IMG/VR virus record: IMGVR_UViG_3300050821_002957
Span: 271,192 to 335,191 of that record
Length of the DNA: 64,000 bases
Direction: 5' to 3' (one strand)
Source of the DNA: a virus
Numbering within the stretch: the first letter of the stretch is position 1; each line of letters begins with the position of its first letter. Below the pieces are notes generated by a model. The model ran no database searches. It was given only the letters and a program-made list of their open reading frames with translations, and was not told the origin of the DNA. Position numbers and translations under genes: made by a program. This document shows, in pieces, positions 56,877-64,000 of the stretch.

Positions 56877-58794
56877 AGAACTGTCTTGGCGAAATTTTTT
56901 GAGCACTGGTAATGTGCCAACAGTAATCCGGCTCAATACATCACCAACCACACTTATTCTTGGATATAACGGTTCTGGCAAATCAACTTTTCTTGATGCA
57001 ATTTGTTACGCACTGTTCAAGAAGCCATTCCGCAAGATCAAGAAAGATCAGATCGTCAACACTATCAACGGCAGTGATTGTGAAGTCAGGATTGATTTCT
57101 CTATTGGCACCCATGACTATACTGTGCGCCGGGGAATCAAGCCTGACTTCTTTGAGATCATCATGCCGGATGGAGAACCACGTAAGAAGGCCGCAGGAGC
57201 CAAGGACGATCAGGCATTCTTGGAAGAAGACATTCTGAAGGTCAACTACGAATCGTTTACTCAGGTCGTCATTCTCGGTAATGCTGCCTACACGCCTTTC
57301 ATGCAGTTGAAGGCAGCACAACGGAGAGAATTCATCGAGCACATTCTAGACATCGGTGTCTTCAGTAGCATGAACGAAATTCTGAAGAAGAAGCAGACCA
57401 CGGTCACAACTTCTTTGGCAACGCTCAACAAAGACATTGATCTTCAAAAAGAAAAGCTCACTCTGGTCAAGGGCTTCATCGACAAGTTGGAAGCAGATCG
57501 AAAGAAGGCCAATAAAAATATCATCGCTCAGATGGCCGAACAGAATGCCATCATCGACGAATTGGAGCCGGTCGCTGATAATCTACAAAAAGAAATCACG
57601 GCGTTGCATGAACAGTTGCAATCGAAGACAAAGGAATTGAACGCTGCTTCGGTGAAAGAAATTGATGCACTTACCGATCAGATGGAAGATAGTCTGGATG
57701 CGCTTCGGGAAAAGATCGTCGATACGTCTGCCATTGAGAACCGGCTTCGTACTATGTCTCCACTGCGTACCGGCATTCTGAACAACATCAAGAATACCAA
57801 GGCGTCTATTTTATTTTACGAAGACAATGACTCCTGCAAGACCTGTAAGCAAGGTATTGAACAACAGTTTCGGTCGAACATCATTGAGCAAAAGCAAAAA
57901 CAGATTGAAGAGTACGAAGTCGGTCTCGCCAAGTTGGACAAAGAAGTAGAAAAGCAACAAGCACGTCTTACCGAACTGAACGAAAGCAATCGTAAGTTAG
58001 AAGAGCAAATTAGTAAGGCTCAATCGGCACATCAAGTCACTGTCCGTAAGATGATGCATGAGAATACGGCGAACATTGCGGAGATGACGGCAGAGTTACA
58101 GGCTGATCTCAAATTTCTCAATGCCAAACATAGCACACACTCTGCAACCCTTAGTGGCGCACGTCAACTCGTAAAGAAGATGGAGGCCGACAAGAAGGCA
58201 GCGGAGTCATCCAAGAACATCGACGAACAGTACAAGAAACGTGACGAAATTGTAGAAAAGGCCGATAAGCTAGAATCGACCAAGGCAGATGCAATCGAGA
58301 CCCGGCATTTTTATGAGATCGCCGCCGTCCTGTTGAAAGATTCCGGCATCAAGGCAGCGATCATCAAGCAGTATTTGCCGATGATCAATAAGCTGGTCAA
58401 TAAGTATCTGGTCGAGCTTGACTTTTATTTGCTGTTTGCCCTGGACGAAAATTTCGACGAGACATTCAAGAGTCGGCATCGGGACACGCTTCAGTATTAT
58501 TCATTTTCTGAAGGTGAGAAACTCCGTATCGACTTAGCGTTGCTGTTTTGTTGGAGAGACATTGCCAGGATGAAAAATTCCTGTGCTTGTAATTTGCTAA
58601 TTTTAGACGAAGTAATAGACGGTTCAATGGATCACAATGGAACCGATTTTTTCATCAAATTGATCAATGAGCTTGGAACTGGTTCTAATGTATTCGTGAT
58701 TTCGCACAAACAAGACTCGTCGCTAGATAAGTTTAAAGATGTTTTGCGTTTTGAAAAGGTGAAAAATTTCAGTCAGTTGGCGGTGAATCTATGA
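56863..58794 (+). CDS. 46: recombination endonuclease subunit gp46 (Rad50/SbcC-like ATPase)
   Basis: Walker A is GYNGSGKST and a long coiled coil follows. The segments SGIKAAIIKQYLPMINK, FSEGEKLRIDLALLF, LILDEVIDGSMD and VFVISHK are alignable to T4 gp46. Confidence 0.9.
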   Translation: MIVFKELSWRNFLSTGNVPTVIRLNTSPTTLILGYNGSGKSTFLDAICYALFKKPFRKIKKDQIVNTINGSDCEVRIDFSIGTHDYTVRRGIKPDFFEIIMPDGEPRKKAAGAKDDQAFLEEDILKVNYESFTQVVILGNAAYTPFMQLKAAQRREFIEHILDIGVFSSMNEILKKKQTTVTTSLATLNKDIDLQKEKLTLVKGFIDKLEADRKKANKNIIAQMAEQNAIIDELEPVADNLQKEITALHEQLQSKTKELNAASVKEIDALTDQMEDSLDALREKIVDTSAIENRLRTMSPLRTGILNNIKNTKASILFYEDNDSCKTCKQGIEQQFRSNIIEQKQKQIEEYEVGLAKLDKEVEKQQARLTELNESNRKLEEQISKAQSAHQVTVRKMMHENTANIAEMTAELQADLKFLNAKHSTHSATLSGARQLVKKMEADKKAAESSKNIDEQYKKRDEIVEKADKLESTKADAIETRHFYEIAAVLLKDSGIKAAIIKQYLPMINKLVNKYLVELDFYLLFALDENFDETFKSRHRDTLQYYSFSEGEKLRIDLALLFCWRDIARMKNSCACNLLILDEVIDGSMDHNGTDFFIKLINELGTGSNVFVISHKQDSSLDKFKDVLRFEKVKNFSQLAVNL

Positions 58795-58994
58795 AAATGA
58801 AAGAATGTCCGACATGTGAAGGTGAGAAGACAGAGCCTTGTGAATTGTGTGATGGCAGCGGAACCTGTCAGCACTGTAATGATGGTCAGTGTCCCGATTG
58901 CTACGGCGACGGATACCAAGACTGTTTTGAATGTGACGGGGAAGGTCAGGTCGAAGATGACGATGCACCAGAGGAAGACGAAGAAAGTGAATGA
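58791..58994 (+). CDS. Cys-rich protein with five CxxCxGxG-type repeats and an acidic tail
   Basis: It carries CPTCEGE, CELCDGSG, CQHCNDGQ, CPDCYGDG and CFECDGEG. Confidence 0.4.
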   Translation: MKMKECPTCEGEKTEPCELCDGSGTCQHCNDGQCPDCYGDGYQDCFECDGEGQVEDDDAPEEDEESE

Positions 58995-59265
58995 ATGCCT
59001 TGATTTTCGAGATAAGCCACTGAAGAAAGGCGATTGGGTGATTCGGGCCGTCAGCTATGGGTCAACCAGCGCATGGCTTGTCTATTCTCGTCTTGAAGAA
59101 GATCCTCAACCAAATCCGAAAAAGGGTGGCTGGGCCTTTTGGATCAGGACTTATAGGCACGGTATTTTTGGTGGACGAGGTAAGGCAGAAAATCATACCA
59201 CCATGATTCGTATTGAAGAATCTGAAGTTCCAAAAGAAATTTTAGAAGCGGCATCGAAGTTATAA
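58987..59265 (+). CDS. hypothetical protein (GTG start inferred)
   Basis: The ORF continues in frame 1 after the Cys-rich gene, and no in-frame ATG lies downstream of that stop. Confidence 0.25.
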   Translation: MNECLDFRDKPLKKGDWVIRAVSYGSTSAWLVYSRLEEDPQPNPKKGGWAFWIRTYRHGIFGGRGKAENHTTMIRIEESEVPKEILEAASKL

Positions 59266-59273
59266 GTACGGAT

Positions 59274-60611
59274 ATGACCCTACAAGAGAAAATTGAAACC
59301 AGGACTGCTCGGATCGGAATCATTGGTCTTGGGTATGTCGGCTTGCCTCTCGCCGTCGAATTTGGAAAGGCCGGATTTCATGTACATGGATTTGATCTTG
59401 ACGAGGAAAAGGTTACCAACATCAAGACTGGATTTAATTATATTCCTGATGTCGATCCAGACGAACTTCGTAAGCTGTGTGATGCACATTTTGAAAACGT
59501 CAATCAAAGACCACAACTGGGCGGAAGTTTGACGGCATCTTCAGTCTTTACTCCTTTAGCTGACATGGACGCAGTGATTATTTGTGTTCCTACTCCGCTC
59601 AAAAAGACAAAAGATCCCGATATTCAATACATTGTTGCGGCCTGTGAATCGATTGCACGACATCTTCATTCGCCGATGCTGATTTCTCTTGAATCCTCGA
59701 CCTATCCTGGGACCACGGATGAATTGATGTTGCCGATGTTCCAACGAGAAGGATTTGAAGTCGGCAAGGATTTCTTCTTGTGCTTCTCGCCGGAAAGAGT
59801 CGATCCGGGCAACAAAGATTTTCATACCAAAAACATTCCCAAGGTCATCGGCGGTATCACTCCAGAATGCACTAGACTGGGCCAACTGTTGTATGAAACT
59901 GCCATTCAGACGATCATTCCGGTCCAAGGCACACGCACGGCAGAGATGGTGAAGCTGCTTGAGAACACATTCCGCATGGTCAATATCGGATTGGTCAACG
60001 AACTGGCGATCATGTGCGACAAGATGAACATCAACATCTGGGAAGTGATCGATGCCGCAAAGACCAAGCCATTCGGGTTCATGCCTTTCTATCCAGGTCC
60101 AGGTCTTGGTGGTCATTGTATTCCTATTGATCCGTTTTATTTTTCCTGGAAGGCCAAGCAATATGGATGTGAACCACGCTTCATTGAGACAGCAGGCTAC
60201 GCCAACGCTCAGATGCCTCACTATGTCGTCCAGAAGGTCCAGGACGCATTGAACAAAGAGAAGAAGGCTATCAATGGGTCCAAGATTCTGATCCTAGGAA
60301 TGGCGTACAAACGTGACATTGACGACGTGCGTGAATCCCCGGCGCTTGACGTTGCTCATTTACTATTGGACAAGGGCGCAGAGCTTCAATATTTCGACAT
60401 GTACATTCCTAAAGCTAGGGTGAATGGATATCATCTGGAAAGCCTTAGAGTTGATCAAATTGACGATGCCGTAGATAACGCAGATTGCATCGTCATTACC
60501 ACCGATCACAGCTACATGGATTACAAAGATGTGGTCGAGCACTGCAAACTGATTGTCGATACCAGGAACGCTTTGAAAGGATTGAATGATCCTAAAATTG
60601 TTCGGATATGA
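59274..60611 (+). CDS. nucleotide-sugar dehydrogenase (UDP-glucose / UDP-N-acetylmannosamine dehydrogenase family)
   Basis: It has an N-terminal Rossmann motif (IGIIGLGYVGLPLAVEF) and a central catalytic region with a GGHCIP-type Cys. Length is 445 aa. Confidence 0.75.
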   Translation: MTLQEKIETRTARIGIIGLGYVGLPLAVEFGKAGFHVHGFDLDEEKVTNIKTGFNYIPDVDPDELRKLCDAHFENVNQRPQLGGSLTASSVFTPLADMDAVIICVPTPLKKTKDPDIQYIVAACESIARHLHSPMLISLESSTYPGTTDELMLPMFQREGFEVGKDFFLCFSPERVDPGNKDFHTKNIPKVIGGITPECTRLGQLLYETAIQTIIPVQGTRTAEMVKLLENTFRMVNIGLVNELAIMCDKMNINIWEVIDAAKTKPFGFMPFYPGPGLGGHCIPIDPFYFSWKAKQYGCEPRFIETAGYANAQMPHYVVQKVQDALNKEKKAINGSKILILGMAYKRDIDDVRESPALDVAHLLLDKGAELQYFDMYIPKARVNGYHLESLRVDQIDDAVDNADCIVITTDHSYMDYKDVVEHCKLIVDTRNALKGLNDPKIVRI

Positions 60612-60692
60612 AAAAAAGAGAAGATTTTTGGATCAATGCCGTAGAATTGTTAGAAACTTGACAGATCCCAAAATCGTGCGAATCTAGTTGTC

Positions 60693-60938
60693 ATGGAAAA
60701 GGTGAAGATTTTTAGTCATTGTGATTTTCTGGAAAAACAGGTCAATGATTGGATTGCTGCAACAAAACCTAAAATTACGAGGGTCTTGCAGACACAAGCA
60801 GGAGACTATGGTACTTACGTCATTCTGACCATCTTTTACGAGGACACGGTGGATACGATGCAGGATGAGCTTTACCGCTCCGACATAAGAAGAGCATATA
60901 TTCCACCCAGCATTATGGATTTGGAAGTAAATGTGTGA
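60693..60938 (+). CDS. small hypothetical protein
   Basis: 81-aa ORF. Confidence 0.3.
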   Translation: MEKVKIFSHCDFLEKQVNDWIAATKPKITRVLQTQAGDYGTYVILTIFYEDTVDTMQDELYRSDIRRAYIPPSIMDLEVNV

Positions 60939-61318
60939 TAGAACTTTCTGAAGCTCATTTTGTCGAAGTGCTTGAGGCGCTCCATCGTGATCAGACCGGC
61001 CTTGCTGATGCTTTGCTGGCCGTCAGGAAACTTGCACTGTCCCGATCATGGATTGTAGAAGGCCGTGGTAGCTACGAATGGGATGATGATCGCTACCAAG
61101 AGGAATTTGGAGCCTTTCTTACAGAAATAGTTGAGGAAATTGACAAGGCTCTCCATAAAAGCAGTCGAGCGCATCAAATTTGCTGTGGAACTTATCGGCA
61201 TCTAGCAATTCATGATAAAGGTCCGGTCCAGATGAGATTAAATTTTGGGATGGCAGCGTATGAAGATTATGCGGACTTCGTAGAGCATGTCATCAAGGTG
61301 TCCTCACTTGAAGTTTGA
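60935..61318 (+). CDS. hypothetical protein
   Basis: 127-aa ORF. Confidence 0.3.
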   Translation: MIELSEAHFVEVLEALHRDQTGLADALLAVRKLALSRSWIVEGRGSYEWDDDRYQEEFGAFLTEIVEEIDKALHKSSRAHQICCGTYRHLAIHDKGPVQMRLNFGMAAYEDYADFVEHVIKVSSLEV

Positions 61319-61465
61319 ATATAAAACAGTTCCGTCTAATTGGATGTATCGAGAGCAGTGGCTTGACCTTTTAAACAAGGAAGGTCAAGATGGATGGGAA
61401 ATTGTAGAAACTCGCCAAGGTCCATCTGGGTTTTTGACTTTCAAGAGGCAGATCGACGAAGGAAT

Positions 61466-61705
61466 ATGGGATACCACAAAGTAGAGATTAAAAGAGGCGT
61501 TCTTGGAGAGATCAGTAAAATCCAGGAAGAGCTTGACGAACTACAAGACGCTGAAGGGCAGCATGTTCGTCTTTTGATGTTGTGTGAACTGGCGGATTTG
61601 GTAGGAGCCATTGACCACTATCTCAGAGTAAATTTTCCAGATTGGGGCATTAACGATTTGCATCATATGGCATTGCTTACACAAGAGCACAAAGAGGGGA
61701 GATGA
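61466..61705 (+). CDS. MazG-like all-alpha NTP pyrophosphatase (small form)
   Basis: It carries LGEISKIQEELDELQDA...ELADLVGAIDHY. Confidence 0.4.
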   Translation: MGYHKVEIKRGVLGEISKIQEELDELQDAEGQHVRLLMLCELADLVGAIDHYLRVNFPDWGINDLHHMALLTQEHKEGR

Positions 61706-62064
61706 GTAGAACAATTAACGATCACGTAGTACAGGGCGATACTGCTCGACAATTAATCATTGAAGTCTTGGATGAACCCGGACAAGGCGGCGCAAATCAT
61801 TTGTACGCTATTAGGAATGGCCTAGATTTTTTGTGCAGCGTCAGATTTCAAAATGGTCCGATTAAGGAATTTGGTGTGAATGGCATCACTCAAGAAGCGT
61901 TGTTGGCAATCGTCATCGACCGGCTGCGTTGTTTTCAGGCAGGACCGTTCGCCGGGGAACACAATGCCATTGCTCTTGAAAAGTGTGAAGATGCCCTGAA
62001 TCACTTACAGGCACGAACCAGAGATCGTATTGCTCGTGGTGTCGAAGGAACAAGCACAAAATGA
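61702..62064 (+). CDS. hypothetical protein
   Basis: 120-aa ORF. Confidence 0.3.
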   Translation: MSRTINDHVVQGDTARQLIIEVLDEPGQGGANHLYAIRNGLDFLCSVRFQNGPIKEFGVNGITQEALLAIVIDRLRCFQAGPFAGEHNAIALEKCEDALNHLQARTRDRIARGVEGTSTK

Positions 62065-62798
62065 TGAAACACTGCATGATCGATTATGGCTTGGTAGGAC
62101 AGGCTCAGACGTTCTATAAGGCGTTGGGATACATTAACCTCGACTTACCTTGGTTGGTCAGTCCGCAGGCGATTGTAGCCACACTACCGGCTGGCAAGAA
62201 GATATTTCAAAGCAATTTCGGATGTCTGGTTGGTTCCGGCGAGCAGAGCTTTATTCAGATGATGATGGATGGTACTTTGAAACCCGGAAAGTATCAGACT
62301 ACGACGCCTTGTTTCCGTGATGAAGAACCTATTTCCGAATTTTCACGGTTGAATTTTTTGAAGACAGAATTGATTTGGTACATGCCGGATGTCGAATTGA
62401 AAGTAGCATACGATAAAGTTTTGAACGATGCTCTTTCGTGCTTTTTTGAAATTTCTCATGCTGACACATTGGATGCGGTTCAAACATCTGAAGGATTTGA
62501 CATTTGCTGCAACGGAATCGAGCTAGGAAGCTACGGCGTGCGGAAAATGGGCGAACATACCTGGGTCTTTGGGACCGGCCTTGCAGAGCCACGATTCTCC
62601 ATGACTGTAAATCGTCGTCTCACTCCCGAAATCTTGGAAAAGCAGCGTGCAGATGAATTGGAACAAGAACGTCTAGAGCATGAAGCAATGCATCTTGCTG
62701 GTCATGCACATTCTCACGATCCAAACGGGATTTTGTTGGATCACAATCATGAACCGATCAGCGAGCAGGAAGAGACTTCCGTCGCACAAGAATCTTAA
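62061..62798 (+). CDS. class-II aminoacyl-tRNA-synthetase-like catalytic core paralogue (AsnA/EpmA/HisZ-like)
   Basis: It has a motif-2-like segment (TPCFRDEEPISEFSRLNFLKTE) and a motif-3-like segment (GTGLAEPRFSM), with no anticodon-binding domain. A His-rich tail follows. Confidence 0.4.
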   Translation: MMKHCMIDYGLVGQAQTFYKALGYINLDLPWLVSPQAIVATLPAGKKIFQSNFGCLVGSGEQSFIQMMMDGTLKPGKYQTTTPCFRDEEPISEFSRLNFLKTELIWYMPDVELKVAYDKVLNDALSCFFEISHADTLDAVQTSEGFDICCNGIELGSYGVRKMGEHTWVFGTGLAEPRFSMTVNRRLTPEILEKQRADELEQERLEHEAMHLAGHAHSHDPNGILLDHNHEPISEQEETSVAQES

Positions 62799-63117
62799 TA
62801 GGGATTCCGTGTTCGTACATCACTTTTCCTTCATAATCTTTCCGGCGTAAGGCTTCATTTCCAGGATGATTTTCTGAAGTCAGTTCTACCCATTCACTAC
62901 GACTGCCGACACCTTTGTTCGCCGGGTCGGAAAGATTCTCTGCGTTATTGAGCCAGCGTTTGTTCATGACGACTTGTTTCATCCTCTTCGCCGTAGACCA
63001 ATGCTGTATCGTGGGTTTGAAGGAAACTGTACGTTCGGCGGTGGCAGTTTCTTCATCGTCTCCAGGGATGTTGAATGCGCCCAAGCCATCACCCAGCCAC
63101 CAATGTAGCCCATACAT
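62758..63117 (-). CDS. hypothetical protein
   Basis: 119-aa ORF. Confidence 0.3.
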   Translation of the reverse strand: MYGLHWWLGDGLGAFNIPGDDEETATAERTVSFKPTIQHWSTAKRMKQVVMNKRWLNNAENLSDPANKGVGSRSEWVELTSENHPGNEALRRKDYEGKVMYEHGIPIKILVRRKSLPAR

Positions 63118-63136
63118 ACTGAAGTTGGAATGCCCA

Positions 63137-63787
63137 TTAGAATTCGATTTCCTTTGCTGGTTTGTATTTGAGTAGGGCGGCGAGTTCGACCATTAATTCA
63201 TTGAAGTCGGACGGTTTTTCTTCCATCTTGTATCGCTTTGCAATTGGTTGGATTCGACGATCTTCATCGCTTCGAGCTTCATCTTTATACCAATACGTCT
63301 TGGCTTCACGGTCGATATCGTAGCAGCCTCGTTTTTCGTAGTGGGCACAAATGTCAGCGTGCATTTCCTTTAAGGCGTTGAGCGTCTTGATTCGAGCCAC
63401 TCGTTGTTTTTCAGGGCGCTCGATTTCATCACGCATGTTATGATCGGTCTCACGTTGAAGTTGTTTGAGCCGCTCTGATGCCATCTCCCAGTTCATATAG
63501 ATCATGCGTTGAATCCACCACTTATTTTCAAGTAGGACTTTGAGCCGGGTTTCTTCTTCTGCTGGTGTGTGCGTCGGAGTGATCCATTTTTTGGTGACTG
63601 GATCACGTCGTCCTTCTGTCCACTTCTTCTTGCCGTAAGGATGGTAAGGAGATTCTTCAATATCACGAGGAATCGGTTCAAAATTCAGCACGTTGGATTC
63701 CTGGCGTGAATTATCTACCAGCCGCACGAGGACACATGCATCATTGTCTTCATCGACACCAAAGCGCCGGATGGCTTCTTCCTGCAT
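63137..63787 (-). CDS. hypothetical protein
   Basis: 216-aa ORF. Confidence 0.3.
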   Translation of the reverse strand: MQEEAIRRFGVDEDNDACVLVRLVDNSRQESNVLNFEPIPRDIEESPYHPYGKKKWTEGRRDPVTKKWITPTHTPAEEETRLKVLLENKWWIQRMIYMNWEMASERLKQLQRETDHNMRDEIERPEKQRVARIKTLNALKEMHADICAHYEKRGCYDIDREAKTYWYKDEARSDEDRRIQPIAKRYKMEEKPSDFNELMVELAALLKYKPAKEIEF

Positions 63788-64000
63788 CTCGTCGTAAAAT
63801 TTTTGCAGTTTTTTTGGATCAGGGCATCGTCGTCAGCAACGTGCGAAGGCCATCGGTATTGAAAGACTGAAGCGTACCAACAGCAGTTTCTTCAAGGAAA
63901 ATATCCGACAATGCTGGAACGATCATCGTCTTTCCGTTGACCTTGATTCTTGCTGGTCTCATGTAAAATTCGATGACATCAGATGGTGAATAGGGAGCTT

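Noticed and set aside
58816-59265. 149-aa ORF overlapping the Cys-rich gene in another frame
   Set aside because: Its first 58 codons are a shadow of the CxxCxGxG gene. Only the non-overlapping tail from 58987 was kept, as a low-confidence CDS.

Overview
The window reads as a large T4-like (myovirus-type) bacteriophage genome segment. The codon usage, AGGAGG-type Shine-Dalgarno sites and TTGACA-N17/18-TAnnnT promoters are bacterial. From about 45.7 to 60.6 kb on the plus strand there is a recognisable T4 core module. It encodes a tail-tube-like protein, a UvsW helicase, the late sigma factor gp55, gp47 (Mre11/SbcD-like) and gp46 (Rad50/SbcC-like). That module is interrupted by free-standing homing endonucleases: two GIY-YIG, two HNH and two Endonuclease-VII-like genes. 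The left 45 kb runs mostly on the minus strand and is an accessory, hyperplastic region. It carries the following recognisable genes. (1) A ParB-like protein. (2) A ClpP peptidase plus a Clp/Hsp100 D2-type AAA+ ATPase. (3) A small heat-shock protein. (4) A dUTPase. (5) A CCA-adding enzyme. (6) A tyrosyl-tRNA synthetase together with a tRNA-Tyr. (7) A Ro60/Rsr (TROVE+vWA) orthologue that sits next to tRNA genes and tRNA-like genes. (8) An ADP-ribosylglycohydrolase and a TARG1/DarG-type macrodomain. (9) A papain-like peptidase, a SpoT-type HD hydrolase, two MazG-like genes, a Nudix gene, a UDP-glucose-dehydrogenase-family enzyme and a class-II-aaRS-like core paralogue. I could fold tRNA genes by hand at 14.1, 19.7, 20.1, 22.1-22.3 and 25.0 kb. 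Two ORF-poor stretches (22.8-24.4 kb and 34.2-36.1 kb) contain repeated, degenerate tRNA-like fragments that share sequence motifs. A recurring palindrome, TAGATRCATCTA, sits inside or just upstream of sigma70-like promoters. The T4 late-promoter motif TATAAATA occurs upstream of the tRNA clusters and of the sHsp gene. All functional calls come from motif recognition by eye; no database searches were run.
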